Part shown: positions 10,359 to 21,219 of the stretch, in pieces
Layout: each line of letters begins with the position of its first letter
How positions within the stretch are numbered: position 1 is the stretch's first letter
Origin: an uncultured delta proteobacterium
Lineage (GTDB): Bacteria; Myxococcota_A; Polyangia; Polyangiales; Polyangiaceae
Assembly (NCBI GenBank): GCA_963716725.1
Contig: CAVQUB010000009.1
Coordinates: 343,682 to 407,681 of the forward strand
Length of the DNA: 64,000 bases
Direction: 5' to 3'
Notes under the pieces: generated by a model
Told to the model about the DNA's origin: nothing
Databases searched by the model: none
What the model saw: the letters and a program-made list of their open reading frames with translations, nothing else
Made by a program: the position numbers and the translations under genes

Positions 10359-11481
10359 TCGGCTGCGCCGTGCTTGGTGACGACCCCGGGAAGTGCCCGG
10401 AGGGGCACACCTGGTGGAGCGAAGCCTCGTCCAGAATGCTGAAGAGGTCCGCGACCTCGACGCCGCGTCCCTGGAATCGTTTCAAGCTCTTGGCGCAACC
10501 GGTCACGACCAGGCCGCCGCCGAGTTCGCGGTGCTCGTCGAGGCGTCGCTCGGCGATCAGCGCAGAGGTTTCGGGCATGGTCTCGGGCAAGAGGCCGCCG
10601 CCACCGGAGCACAACGCCTCGCCGCGCGCTCGCGCGAATTCGTCGGGTGCCCGCCCCAGCGCCCGCGACAAGAGTTGGCGCGGGGCCTCGTAGATCCCAA
10701 GGCCGCGGCCGAGCTTGCACGGGTCCTGCCAACGAACTTGCGCGTAGGCTGCGAGCCGTGGCACCCGGCGGAACAGACCCAACCTGGCGCTCGCCAGCTC
10801 CACCAAGGTCTTGGCACCGCGCTCGGCCAAGACCAGCGCGCACCCCGGATCCAGGACGACGAAGCGCCGCGACTGGCGGACGTTGGCGGTCAGCCGCGAG
10901 AGATTTTCGGCAAATCCCCCGCGGTCGCCCGCGAGCAGGAGCGGCAGGCCGCAACAGCCGTCGACCAGGCGGACGCTGCCGAACAGGCGCGCGGCCACCG
11001 CCACGGCAGAGCGCGCCACCGCGGCGTGCGCCGTCGCGTAGTCGCAGCCCAGTAGCAGGGCCGTATCCGCGCTCGAGCTGACTCCGGGCTCGCGCGCGAG
11101 AAGCTCGAGCGCGTGCGACGTCTCGCGCCGGCGGGCGTCGAAGTTGGCGACCACCGCCTCGGCGGCCGCCGGTGCGAGGCCCAGGGCGCGGAACTCGGCG
11201 CGAGCAGCCCCCAGTGTGTGCGCTACTTCGTTGCGATGGTCGCAGTGCTCCCGACACGAAAAGCAACCGGTGCAGGCCCACGCTGTGGCAGCGAGGTCCC
11301 GATCCAGCTCGACATCGCCGCGAGCCGCGAACCACGCCAGGCTCATCTTCCCCCACGGCGTCAGCGAGTCCCGCGGCTCGGCCTCGGAGACCGGACACGC
11401 CGCACGGCAGAGCTTCGGGCAGTAGCCGCAGGTCTCGAGCTCCGCGCTCTTTTCATCCAGCAAGGTCAGCGCGTGTTTCAT
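10348..11481 (-). CDS. (Fe-S)-binding protein, GlpC/HdrD-like with CCG domains
   Basis: CGYCPKLCRAACP and CTGCFSCREHC ferredoxin motifs; GCCG, QDPCKLGR, CSGGGG. Confidence 0.85.
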   Translation of the reverse strand: MKHALTLLDEKSAELETCGYCPKLCRAACPVSEAEPRDSLTPWGKMSLAWFAARGDVELDRDLAATAWACTGCFSCREHCDHRNEVAHTLGAARAEFRALGLAPAAAEAVVANFDARRRETSHALELLAREPGVSSSADTALLLGCDYATAHAAVARSAVAVAARLFGSVRLVDGCCGLPLLLAGDRGGFAENLSRLTANVRQSRRFVVLDPGCALVLAERGAKTLVELASARLGLFRRVPRLAAYAQVRWQDPCKLGRGLGIYEAPRQLLSRALGRAPDEFARARGEALCSGGGGLLPETMPETSALIAERRLDEHRELGGGLVVTGCAKSLKRFQGRGVEVADLFSILDEASLHQVCPSGHFPGSSPSTAQPSDG

Positions 11482-13424
11482 CCGTTGGTCTTCTGCTGCC
11501 GAGCGGCGCGAGGCGTCGGCGACCCGCGCCCTCGGTTGGCGGGAGGAGCCGAGTCCTTGCCGTCGTGCTGCGGGAGCCGCAGCTCGAACTCGGTCCCCTT
11601 GCTCGAACTCGTGACCGCGACGGAGCCTCCGTGCTCGTCGGCGATCTTCTTGACGATGGCGAGGCCGAGACCGGTACCGCCCGCCTTGTTCGCGGTGACG
11701 AAGGACTGAAACAGACGGCCCTCGACCTCAGCAGGGATGCCCGGGCCTGTATCCCGAACGGCGATGACCAGATCGCGACCGTGCATCCCGGCCTTGATCG
11801 TGAGCTGCCCACCGTGCTCGGCCATGGCTTCGATGGCGTTGCGCGCGAGGTTGTGAATGGCACGGGCCACACGGTTTTCGTCGAATCGAGCCACGACCTT
11901 GGTGTCCACGTCGAGTTCGAGCTCGACGGCGCGTCCATCCACTTCGTGACCCAGTTGGCGGGTGATGTCGGCGAAGAACTTCTTCAAGAAGACGCGCCGG
12001 ATGAAGATCGTGCGCTCGCCGCGGGCGAACTCCAACACTTCGCGCTGCATCGCGGTCAGGATGTCGAACTGCTTCAAGATCTCGTCCGCGTACTCCGCTC
12101 GCTGCGCGGGCTCTTCCGACTCGGCCATGAGCTGCGAGTAGCCGCTGATCACCGTCATCGGCGTCTTGAAGTCGTGAATGACTTGGGAGAGCAGCTTGCC
12201 GATGGTGGTCAATCGCTCCCCCACCTCTCGTGCACGGTTGGCGCGGAACAGCCGGAGAGCCGTCGATAGGTTGGCGCCCACCAGACGCAAGAGGGCGAGA
12301 TCCTCGTCCGTAAACGCCTGTGCCCCGACCTCGCTGAGCAGCGCCACCGCGCCCAGGGCAGCCCCATCGCCCTCGAGCTGCGCGGCCAGCACCGGCTCCA
12401 CTTCGAAGGAAAACCCGCTGAGTTCCGGGTCTTTCCATCGCGCACGGTCGCTCTGGGGAAGCTCGCGGATCGCGTCGGTCTGGCGCATCGCTCGACCGAG
12501 CAGGTCGTCGCCCGCCTTCACGCCACGGCGCGACAACTGCGGCTCCGCCTCGGGGTCGAAGCAGTACTCGACGAGATCTCCGCTCTCCTCCTCGGCGAGC
12601 AGCACGGCGCTGCCACGCGCTCCACACGCCGTGGTGAGGCGACTCATCGCCGTGGTCAGCAGCTCTTCGATAGACCGTGCGGTGACCGTGGCCTGCTCGA
12701 GATCGAAGAGCAGCTCGAGGTCGCGCAACTTGCGCTCGAGCTGGTCCTTGATGTCCAAGAGTTGCTTGTTCTTCTGGATCAAGGACAAGAATAGCCGCGA
12801 GTTGTCGATGGCGACGGCGGCCTGAGTCGAAAGCGCGTTGAGAAGCGCTTCGTCCTCACTCGTGAACTCGGCGCCGTGCTGCTTGTTGAGCACCTGAATC
12901 ACGCCGATGGTGCGGCCCAAGTGGTTCTTCAGCGGCGTGGCCAGCATGGTCGTGGTGCGGTAACCGGTGAGCTGATCCCACTGGCGCTCGAACCTGGGAT
13001 CCGCGTAGGCGTCCGTGATCCGGAACGGCTTTCCGGTCTGCGCCACCGAGCCGGCGATGCCGTGCCCGACTTTCAGGCGGATAGAGCGCACGTTCTGGCC
13101 GACCACGATGCGGCTGACCAGCTCGTTCTTGGCTTCGTCCAGCAGGTAGAGCGTGGATCTATCGGCTTCGACCAGCTCCGTCACCCGATCGAGGATCAAC
13201 TCGAGCAGCTCGTCGAGCTCCAGCGTCGTGCCGATGGCCACCCCGACTTCGCGCAGGGCGGCGCTGACGCGCTGCTCCCGGGACAGCGCGGCCGAGAGCT
13301 CCTCCGGGCTCCGATTCCCGGGATTGGGGTCCGCCGCTAGCGCCACCGCGACGATCACATCACGGACAGGGACGCGAAATCCAGCATGGCTGACCGTACG
13401 TTCAGACACCGGCGTCGCGGCCAC
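11478..13424 (-). CDS. Cytoplasmic GAF-GAF sensor histidine kinase (start uncertain)
   Basis: GAF motifs (DAYADPRF..GYRTT..VIQVLNK), H-box IHDFKTPM, GTGLGL. Confidence 0.9.
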   Translation of the reverse strand: MAATPVSERTVSHAGFRVPVRDVIVAVALAADPNPGNRSPEELSAALSREQRVSAALREVGVAIGTTLELDELLELILDRVTELVEADRSTLYLLDEAKNELVSRIVVGQNVRSIRLKVGHGIAGSVAQTGKPFRITDAYADPRFERQWDQLTGYRTTTMLATPLKNHLGRTIGVIQVLNKQHGAEFTSEDEALLNALSTQAAVAIDNSRLFLSLIQKNKQLLDIKDQLERKLRDLELLFDLEQATVTARSIEELLTTAMSRLTTACGARGSAVLLAEEESGDLVEYCFDPEAEPQLSRRGVKAGDDLLGRAMRQTDAIRELPQSDRARWKDPELSGFSFEVEPVLAAQLEGDGAALGAVALLSEVGAQAFTDEDLALLRLVGANLSTALRLFRANRAREVGERLTTIGKLLSQVIHDFKTPMTVISGYSQLMAESEEPAQRAEYADEILKQFDILTAMQREVLEFARGERTIFIRRVFLKKFFADITRQLGHEVDGRAVELELDVDTKVVARFDENRVARAIHNLARNAIEAMAEHGGQLTIKAGMHGRDLVIAVRDTGPGIPAEVEGRLFQSFVTANKAGGTGLGLAIVKKIADEHGGSVAVTSSSKGTEFELRLPQHDGKDSAPPANRGRGSPTPRAARQQKTNG

Positions 13425-13462
13425 TATTCCATCGGGTCGAAAGATGCTCTAAGTGAGGCGCG

Positions 13463-13741
13463 ATGGCGCTCAAGCAACTGAATCTCGTCGTGCGGGGGCG
13501 AGTCCAGGGCGTCTTCTTTCGCGCCTCGGCTCAGCGCGAGGCGCGGCGACTCGGGGTCACGGGCTGGGTCAAGAACCGCAACGACGGCTCGGTGGAGATC
13601 CTCGCCGAGGGTGAAGAGACGAGCATTCGCGAGCTCTACGGTTGGGCGCAAAAAGGCCCGAGCGCAGCCCGCGTCGACCGAGTGGACACCCGATGGCGCA
13701 GCTTCAGCGGCGACTTCCCGGACTTCCGCATCTTGGATTGA
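13463..13741 (+). CDS. acyP: Acylphosphatase
   Basis: VRGRVQGVFFR and GWVKNRNDGSVE signatures. Confidence 0.95.
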   Translation: MALKQLNLVVRGRVQGVFFRASAQREARRLGVTGWVKNRNDGSVEILAEGEETSIRELYGWAQKGPSAARVDRVDTRWRSFSGDFPDFRILD

Positions 13742-15471
13742 TCTGCGCCCTCGGCGCGCCGGCGTACGCCGCGCCGGCGAGCGCGTCAGCTCCAACGGTG
13801 CTCGCGTCGGCGCAGCCGAGGCACGACCGTGCTCTCGCCGCGCTGCCGGAGGTCCCGAAGATCGTCCTGCCGCCTCCGGCGGCGTCCGACCTCGAAGATC
13901 TCGACGGCGTGCTCTCTCGCCTGCACTCCGAAGACGCGACAGTGCGCGAGACCGCTGCCACCGAAGTGCTCGAGGCCAAGCCGAGCTGGGTATCCGCCAT
14001 CGACCGGCGCATGAACGACGTCGCCGACCGGACCAACCGCGACGAGATGCGCCGCGTCCTCGAGAGCGCACGGACCAAGGCTCGCCAGGAGGAACGAGAG
14101 AAGCTCGAGGGGAGTGGAAAGCGGGGAAGGATCGAGACGCCCGACTACCTGACGATCTTGGTCCAACACGCGCTCCCGAAGTCGAAGCCGTGGGCGGATG
14201 CGGTCGCCGTGGTCGCCATGAGCCGAATGCTCGCGACTATCGGCACGGTCGAGGCAGCCCGGGAGCTCATCGACGTGCACACGCGCTTCGGCGAGTTTCT
14301 CCGCGTGGACGTCCAGCTCCAGCTGAGCAAGATGGGCGACAAGGCAGTGGCAGCGCTGATCGAGACACGCAAGCACAAGGCCGACAAGATCGCGAAGTGG
14401 TCCGTGCGTCACCTCGACAGCATGGGCAAGGCGATCCCGAGCGAAGCCGTCCAAACCGAAGACCACCAGGTGCTCGCCGACGTGCTCCGAGCCTACGGTC
14501 GGGTCCGCGATCCCGACTCGGCGCGCATCGTGATCTCGTTCGCGAATACCGAGCGAGCGCAGGTACGCGAGGCTGCGAGGCAAGCGGTGGCGATGCTGGC
14601 AGACGTCGCAAACTGGCAGCTGCGCGACAGCTACCAGGACCTCCTGGGCAAGAAGCCCCCACGCGACTGGACTTGGGACCGCACGGCGCGAGAGCTCTTC
14701 GGCGAACTCGACCGACAGCGACTCGCGCAGGTGTATACGCTCTTCGATCGCGGCACGCTCGCGCGCAAAGAGGGCAAGCTCGACGCCATGCGCGAGGCCT
14801 ACGATCAGGTACTGGCCCGAAACCCGAATTTCGAGCACAAGGACGAGATGGCGGAGGGGTACTTCGCGCTGGCGAAGGCCAAGCTCGACGATGACCGGCC
14901 GCTGGCGCTGTCGGCCTTGCGCCGGGCCGAACGCCTCACTCGGGACGCGGACGACAAGAAGCGCATCGAGAGTCTCTCGCTGACCCTCGAGGCCGAGGAG
15001 CTGGCCGAAAAGGGCGTCGCGGACCAAGTCTTGTTCAACCGCGCGATCGAGCTCGATCCGGACAACGGGCGCGCCAAAGACGCCCTGGGGCGCCTGGCGC
15101 GGGGCGAGACCCGCGCGAAGAGCCCGCTCGCACGCTGGGCCGGCTCCATTGCCATCGGGCTCGGGGCGCTGATCGCCATCGTGCTGATCGCGCTCCGTCG
15201 CGGGAAACCCGAGCCCGCGCCTGCTCCAGAGCCAGAAAAGGCCGAGGGACTCGCGCCCGAGCCGGAAGACGTCGCGCCCGAGCCGGAAGACGTCGCGCCC
15301 GAGCCGGAGGACGTCGCGCCCGAGCCGGAAGACATCGCGCCCGGAGGGCCCGAACTTGCTACTCTCGAACCCGCTGCGCCTGAGCCAGCGGCGTCCCCCT
15401 CGGAAGGCGCCGCCCCCGCATCGGGCCCCGATCCCGAAAGGGAAAACCCGCCAAGCGACGACGAGAAGTGA
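13693..15471 (+). CDS. Exported HEAT/TPR-repeat protein with C-terminal TM helix and acidic Pro-rich tail
   Basis: Signal peptide ending APAYA; alpha-solenoid repeats (VRETAA, VREAARQA, AIELDPDN); TM helix; APEPEDV repeats. Confidence 0.65.
   Translation: MAQLQRRLPGLPHLGLICALGAPAYAAPASASAPTVLASAQPRHDRALAALPEVPKIVLPPPAASDLEDLDGVLSRLHSEDATVRETAATEVLEAKPSWVSAIDRRMNDVADRTNRDEMRRVLESARTKARQEEREKLEGSGKRGRIETPDYLTILVQHALPKSKPWADAVAVVAMSRMLATIGTVEAARELIDVHTRFGEFLRVDVQLQLSKMGDKAVAALIETRKHKADKIAKWSVRHLDSMGKAIPSEAVQTEDHQVLADVLRAYGRVRDPDSARIVISFANTERAQVREAARQAVAMLADVANWQLRDSYQDLLGKKPPRDWTWDRTARELFGELDRQRLAQVYTLFDRGTLARKEGKLDAMREAYDQVLARNPNFEHKDEMAEGYFALAKAKLDDDRPLALSALRRAERLTRDADDKKRIESLSLTLEAEELAEKGVADQVLFNRAIELDPDNGRAKDALGRLARGETRAKSPLARWAGSIAIGLGALIAIVLIALRRGKPEPAPAPEPEKAEGLAPEPEDVAPEPEDVAPEPEDVAPEPEDIAPGGPELATLEPAAPEPAASPSEGAAPASGPDPERENPPSDDEK
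15251..15343 (+). repeat. 21-bp tandem repeat (~4.4 copies) encoding APEPEDV
   Basis: tcgcgcccgagccggargacr repeated head to tail. Confidence 0.9.
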
Positions 15472-15508
15472 GCGAAAGCTCGCCGCCCCTCGGACCCCGA
15501 CAGAATCG

Positions 15509-17149
15509 ATGCATCGCGTTCTTGCACTCTCGTTGGTGGCGCTGGCCACCTGCCGGCCCGCCCTCGCGGCAGCGGCCCCTCGTGACGCGAAGACGATCGC
15601 CAAAATCGACGAGGCCATCAATAAGCACTACATCGCCACCAAGTTCGACCAGGCCGAGGCGCAACTGCTCGGCGTCATCGCCGCCTGCAAGGGCCAATGC
15701 AGCGCGTCCGTGCTGGCCAAGGCTTGGATGTACGTGGGCGTCGTGCGCGGGGGCGGCAAGAACAACCAGAAGGGCGCCCGCGAGGCGTTCACCAATGCAG
15801 TCGCATCGGACCCCAAGGTCAAACTGGACGACGTCATCGCCACACCGCAGACCAAGAAGACCTTCGCGGCGGCTCGCCGCGCCATGCGGGGCGCCACACC
15901 GACGGGCGGGGTCGAACCCACCACGACCGCTGACCCCCCGACGGAGAGCGGCACCGATGCGATGGACTGCTCTCCAAGACTGGAAGAAGTCCAAACTCGA
16001 CGCCCGATCCCGGTTTGGTGCAAGGCCGACCAACGCCTGAAGCTCGAGCTCCGCTACAAATCCGGTGGCGGCGATTGGAAGCGCGCCTCGATGAAGCTCC
16101 GTGAGGGCGTCTACCGCGCGACGATCCCCTGCGATGCGGTCCAGAAGAAAGGCACTCTGCGCTTCTACGTCCGCGCCAAGGATGAAAACGGCGATCCAGC
16201 GCCCGGTTTCGCCAAGAAGGGCACGCCGGTGAAGATCCGCATCGTGGGCGCCACCGACGAAGAGCCGCCGACCTTCCCGGACAAGGACCCCCCGAAACGG
16301 TGTTCGCGCTCCGACGCGGACGAGGCGGCCTCGTGTGAGTCTACGGACGACTGCGAGACCGGCCAATCCTGTGAAGACGGGGAGTGCCTCGCCAAGCAGC
16401 AGAAGAAGAAGAAGCGTGGCGTGGCCCAAAGGTCTTGGTTCGGTCTGCACTACGCCCATGACTTCGCGCTCACCGGTGGCAGCGAGGTCTGCTCGAGCGA
16501 GAGCCAGCAAAACAGCGGCTTCGCTTGCTTCTACAAAGACTCCTCCTCTCAGTACGACTTCAGGCCCCACCCCAGCTACTCCAACGACATCAAGGGTGGC
16601 CTCGCGCCGGCGACCTTCCGTGCGCTGATCTCCTTCGATCAGCTGGTGGGGGAGAACTTCAGCGCCGGAGTGAGGCTGGGCTACGCCTTCGGCGGCGGGC
16701 CGCCTTCGGGCAAGACGCAGGAAGTGAAGTTCATGCCCTTCCACCTGGAGGCGCGGGCGTCGTACTGGTTCGGAGACGCGCCCTTCGCGACCTGGGACGT
16801 CCGTCCCTACGTCGGCCTGGGAGGCGGGCTCGCGCAGGTGGACGCCAAGCTCCCGGTGACCGTGGGCGACTGCGGCGGCACGCCGGGCGGCTCGCCGAGC
16901 ACGCCCAAGGACAAGTTCCCGCGAGACACGGCGTACTACCTGGATTGCCGAGAGGGCAAGACCGCGCCAATCCCCCTGGAGCTCGACGTCTACAAGAAGC
17001 TCGGCAAGGGCTTCGTCGGACTGCACGGCGGCGTCCTGTTCGCGGTGACGAAGGAGAGCGGCCTGAAGCTCGAGCTCAGCGTGATGCAGATGCTGCCCAC
17101 CTCCGGCCAGGTGCTCGAGCCCTCCCTCGGCTACGTCTTCGGCCTCTGA
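15509..17149 (+). CDS. Exported TPR + Cys-rich + beta-barrel protein
   Basis: Signal peptide, N-terminal TPR-like helices, CESTDDCETGQSCEDGEC, C-terminal LGYVFGL barrel signature. Confidence 0.65.
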   Translation: MHRVLALSLVALATCRPALAAAAPRDAKTIAKIDEAINKHYIATKFDQAEAQLLGVIAACKGQCSASVLAKAWMYVGVVRGGGKNNQKGAREAFTNAVASDPKVKLDDVIATPQTKKTFAAARRAMRGATPTGGVEPTTTADPPTESGTDAMDCSPRLEEVQTRRPIPVWCKADQRLKLELRYKSGGGDWKRASMKLREGVYRATIPCDAVQKKGTLRFYVRAKDENGDPAPGFAKKGTPVKIRIVGATDEEPPTFPDKDPPKRCSRSDADEAASCESTDDCETGQSCEDGECLAKQQKKKKRGVAQRSWFGLHYAHDFALTGGSEVCSSESQQNSGFACFYKDSSSQYDFRPHPSYSNDIKGGLAPATFRALISFDQLVGENFSAGVRLGYAFGGGPPSGKTQEVKFMPFHLEARASYWFGDAPFATWDVRPYVGLGGGLAQVDAKLPVTVGDCGGTPGGSPSTPKDKFPRDTAYYLDCREGKTAPIPLELDVYKKLGKGFVGLHGGVLFAVTKESGLKLELSVMQMLPTSGQVLEPSLGYVFGL

Positions 17150-18289
17150 CTAGCCCGAGGTCGAAGACGAACTCCGTGCGCTGAGTTCGTGGAGCCGTCG
17201 AGGGGCGAGTGCCGGGTCGCGCATCACAACGCCGTCAGCGTGCACTCCTGGAGCAGGAGCGCTAGACGAAACGCGGCGCAAGGAGGACCGCGCCTGCGAT
17301 TGAGAGGGTGATGGCGACTCGGAACAGCCACTTGGTCGTGCTTGCCTTCGACTCGTAAATCTCGATCAGCTGCTGCTCGCTCAAGTTGGACACCAAGAGG
17401 CCGGTCTCCGCGCAAAGATGACGCCTTGGGCTTCTTGGCGGCCGCGGTCGTTGCCCGCCTGCAGGCCCAGTGATACGAAACATCCCGCCTGGGACGAAGA
17501 CCACAGATGGCCTCACCGGTTCCCGCGCGAGCTGATCATGCCTGAGCAGTCGGTTCTCCTGACAGGCGCCACGGGCTTCGTCGGAGGAGCAGTGAGACCC
17601 GCGCTCGCGGCGAGCGGTTGGCGCGTTCGGTGCCTCACGCGGGATGCGAAGCGGGCGCGCCTCAAGGCGCCCGACCTGGACTGGGTCCAAGGTGACGTTG
17701 GCGACGAAGCCTCGTGTGCAGCAGCGCTCGAGGGTTGCCGAGCTGCCCTTTACTTGGTGCACGGGATCGGCGAGGGCGTGGACTACCATCGCCACGAGGT
17801 CGTGGCGGCCTCGACGTTCTCCAAGGCGGCGGCCGCAGCCGGGGTCGAACGCCTTGTCTATCTCGGCGGCGTCGCCCCGGGGGCCGGCCCGGGCTCCGAC
17901 CACCTGCGCAGTCGGCTCGACGTAGGCGAGGCCCTGCGGGCCGGCCCGGTCAGGACCATAGAGCTGCGCGCCAGCATGATCGTCGGGCACGGCAGCCTGA
18001 GTTGGCTCATCGTCCGCGACCTGGCTGCCCGCCTGCCGGTGATGGTCTTGCCGCGCTGGCTGAAGTCGAGGACGCAGCCGGTGGCGATCGACGACGTTGT
18101 CATCGCTCTCGTGCGAGCCATGGAGCTGCCGCTCGCGTGTAGGCCGTCACCCTCCGTCGTGATCCCCCGCGGTCGTGGTGTCGGTCTGGGCGCTCGTTGT
18201 TTCGGGTGAGCCGGGTTCGGACTCCGGAGAGCTTCGCCGTTCTTTTTTCCTGAGAGGCTGATCCGCGGAAAGCTGATCGCCGGAGAAGG

Positions 18290-18967
18290 TTGGTCCGTCG
18301 CGGTAGCACCCGCACGGACCCGGCCAGCGAAGGATTGGTTGTCCGTTACGAGACGACCCTCACCAGCGAGCGGTACGTTACCGAGCAGGCGTGGCGGGCC
18401 GCAAGTTTGGAGCGGTGCCCGCTGCACCCGGAGGGCGGCTGCGGTCTCGCGGGGCACGGGAGCTACGGTCGGGTCCGCCCCGTCGGCGTCCGCGTCGCCC
18501 GGTTCTGGTGCCCGCGGGCTCGGGTGACTATCAGCCTTTTGCCTGATTTTCTGGCTTCCCGACTGTCGGGCACGCTCGAGGAGGTCGAGCGGGCCGTCGA
18601 GGTGGCCGAGGGCGCCAAGAGTCTGGAGGCGGTCGCCGAGAAGGTGCGCCCCGCGATCGCAGCGGACGCGGTGACGCTTCCAAGCGCGCTGCGGTGGCTC
18701 CGGCGGCGGCGTGTTGCTGTCCACGCGGCGCTCGTGGCGGCAGTGACGCTGGTGCCGGCGCTCACGGGCTGCCCGGCGACGCTTGGCGCGGTGCGGCAAC
18801 GACTCGGGGTGTCGGATGCGCTCGTGGCGCTGCGGTCGGCCGCGGCCATTCACCTGGCCGCCATGCCAGCGCCGGTCGGACTGCGGGCGCGAGGGCGAGC
18901 GCGGCAAGCATCGCGAGAGCCGACCCCACACGAAACGGGGCCGGACCCTCCTCGGCGGGACCGATAG
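18290..18967 (+). CDS. Transposon accessory Zn-finger protein (DUF6431-like; start uncertain)
   Basis: CPLHPEGGC...HGSYGR...RFWCP..TISLLPDFL. Confidence 0.65.
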   Translation: MVRRGSTRTDPASEGLVVRYETTLTSERYVTEQAWRAASLERCPLHPEGGCGLAGHGSYGRVRPVGVRVARFWCPRARVTISLLPDFLASRLSGTLEEVERAVEVAEGAKSLEAVAEKVRPAIAADAVTLPSALRWLRRRRVAVHAALVAAVTLVPALTGCPATLGAVRQRLGVSDALVALRSAAAIHLAAMPAPVGLRARGRARQASREPTPHETGPDPPRRDR

Positions 18968-19018
18968 CGGGTTGGTGTGCCCGGGACGGACCCGGGCCGA
19001 CACCGAAAGAGAACTCCG

Positions 19019-20422
19019 ATGAGGACACCGACCCCCGAAAACGAACGCACGCTCGCTGACGCCGAGCGCAGAAAGCAGATCGCGCTGTTCCGTTATGGCG
19101 TGATCGCAGATCTGCTCCACCTCGAGCGCGGTGCGCGCGGCATGTACGCGAAGCTGCGCGAGAAGGCGGAGAAGGACTGGGAGATCCCCGGAACGCTCCG
19201 GCGGAAGGTCCAGGCCGAAACGATCCGCGGATGGCTTGCGGACTACCGACGCGGCGGCTTCGACGCCCTTGTCCCGAAGATCCGACGGGACGAGGGCTCG
19301 GCTCGCGCCATTCCCCGGGAGATCGCGGATCTGCTCTGCGAGACGAAAGAGCAGCACGCGGACTTCAGCGTCGGACTCGTCATCGCGCACGTGACGCGCT
19401 TCGCGAAGATCCCGGAGGGGGTCACGCTTGCGCCATCGACGGTGCACCGGATCTTGTCTCGGGCCGGACTCATGCAGAAGAAGCAGGGCGAGCCGACGGC
19501 GAAGGACCGCCGACGCTTCGCCTTCGAGAAGGCGGGCGAACTGTGGATGAGCGACGTGATGCACGGCCCCGCCGTCGCCGTGTCCGGGCGGCAGCGGAAG
19601 ACGTACCTGCTCGCCGTCATCGACGACGCGACACGGATGGTGCCGTATGCGGCCTTCGCGCTCAGCGAGAACGCCGCGACCCTTCTCAGCGTGCTCGAGC
19701 AAGGGATCTGCCGCCGCGGGATCCCCAAGCGGCTTTACGTCGACAACGGTGCCGCCTTCAAAGCACAGCACCTGGCGCTCGTGTGCGCGAAGCTCGGCAT
19801 CACCTTGATCCACGCGCGTCCCTACACGCCCCAGGGAAAAGGAAAGATGGAGCGGTGGTTTCGGACCGTGCGTCTTCAGCTCCTGCCGACGCTCCAGCCC
19901 GAGGACAGGCGGAGTCTCGAAGCACTCAACCGCCGTCTCTGGGCGTGGGTCGAGGGTGAGTATCATCGGAGTCCCCACCGCGGACTCGACGGTGAGACGC
20001 CCGCGGATCGCTGGGCGATGCGCTCAGACGAGGTGCGCCAGTCGTCGAGCGACCTCGCCGATCTGTTTCTCTTCGAGCAGAAGCGCCGTGTGCAGGCCGA
20101 CCGCACCGTGTCGCTCGACAGCGTGGCCTACGAAGTGGACGCGATGCTCGTCGGCGAGACCGTCGTCCTTCGCTTCGATCCGGCGCGTCCGCGAGAGACA
20201 CGTGCCGTCCAGGTCTGGCATCGCGGAAAGCAGATCCAGATCGCTCGCCGTGTCGACGTCTACGCCAACTGTTTCGTCCGACGCGATCACACGACGAAGG
20301 CCCTGCATCCATCTCAGCCCGTGGACGAGCCGCCCCCCGGCATGCGCTTGAGCGACTTCGACTTCGATGTCGGGGACAACCAGCAGGGCGGCGCTGGCGA
20401 CGACGAGGGGGACCTCCTCTGA
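19019..20422 (+). CDS. DDE transposase/integrase (rve core with Mu-like C-terminus)
   Basis: LWMSD, LYVDNGAAF, GKGKMERWFRT catalytic triad; N-terminal HTH segments; RRVQADRTVSLD. Confidence 0.93.
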   Translation: MRTPTPENERTLADAERRKQIALFRYGVIADLLHLERGARGMYAKLREKAEKDWEIPGTLRRKVQAETIRGWLADYRRGGFDALVPKIRRDEGSARAIPREIADLLCETKEQHADFSVGLVIAHVTRFAKIPEGVTLAPSTVHRILSRAGLMQKKQGEPTAKDRRRFAFEKAGELWMSDVMHGPAVAVSGRQRKTYLLAVIDDATRMVPYAAFALSENAATLLSVLEQGICRRGIPKRLYVDNGAAFKAQHLALVCAKLGITLIHARPYTPQGKGKMERWFRTVRLQLLPTLQPEDRRSLEALNRRLWAWVEGEYHRSPHRGLDGETPADRWAMRSDEVRQSSSDLADLFLFEQKRRVQADRTVSLDSVAYEVDAMLVGETVVLRFDPARPRETRAVQVWHRGKQIQIARRVDVYANCFVRRDHTTKALHPSQPVDEPPPGMRLSDFDFDVGDNQQGGAGDDEGDLL

Positions 20423-21219
20423 TGTACCGCAAGCACTTCGGCCTCACCCGCCACCCCTTCGCCAAAAACATCGAGCCCGACGAGCTCTTCGCCTCCGGTG
20501 CGCTCCGAGAACTCGACGCCCGGCTCGCCCATCTCCTCGACTTGCGCGGCATCGGTGTGGTCACCGGTGAGAGCGGCAGCGGCAAGACCACCGCGTGTCG
20601 GAAGATCGTCGCCGGTCTCCACACGGGTCTGCACCGCGTCCTCTACGTGTCGCTCACCACCGGCAACGTGATGGATCTCTACAAGACCATCGCCTGGGAG
20701 ATCGGCCTACCCACCGAGCGCAACCGCGCCGCACTGTTCCGGCAGATCCGGACCGAGGTGACGCGGCTCTGCAGCGAGGCCCGGCAGAAACCGATCCTGA
20801 TCGTGGACGAAGCTCATCACCTCAGGAGCGACGTGCTCGAGGACCTGCGCCTGCTCACCAACTACGCGATGGACTCCGACAACCGCCTCTGCCTGGTCCT
20901 CGTCGGACACCCGGAACTGCGCCGCCGCCTCGGCATGGCGGTGCACGAGGCGCTCTCGCAGCGCGTCGTCGTGCGCGCTCACGTCCCGGGTCTTGCCCGT
21001 GACGAGCTCGGCCCGTACCTCACGCACCTGCTCCGACTCGCCGGAACCGAGCTCGAACTCTTCGAGCCCGCAACCCAGGAGGCGATCTTCCAGGCGTCGA
21101 ACGGCCTGCCCCGGAAGGTGAACCTGCTCGCTCACCACGCGCTCATGGCCGCCGCGCTCACCAAGAGCAGGACCGTCACGACCGAGCACATCCAGTCCGC
21201 CATGGCCGAAGTCACCTGA
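20422..21219 (+). CDS. AAA ATPase, ExeA/TnsC-like transposition helper
   Basis: MYRKHFGLTRHPF, Walker A GESGSGKT, Walker B LIVDEAH; TGATG overlap with the transposase. Confidence 0.92.
   Translation: MYRKHFGLTRHPFAKNIEPDELFASGALRELDARLAHLLDLRGIGVVTGESGSGKTTACRKIVAGLHTGLHRVLYVSLTTGNVMDLYKTIAWEIGLPTERNRAALFRQIRTEVTRLCSEARQKPILIVDEAHHLRSDVLEDLRLLTNYAMDSDNRLCLVLVGHPELRRRLGMAVHEALSQRVVVRAHVPGLARDELGPYLTHLLRLAGTELELFEPATQEAIFQASNGLPRKVNLLAHHALMAAALTKSRTVTTEHIQSAMAEVT

Noticed and set aside
20422..21219. ExeA as part of a type II secretion system
   Set aside because: It lies inside transposon ends and is translationally coupled to the transposase.
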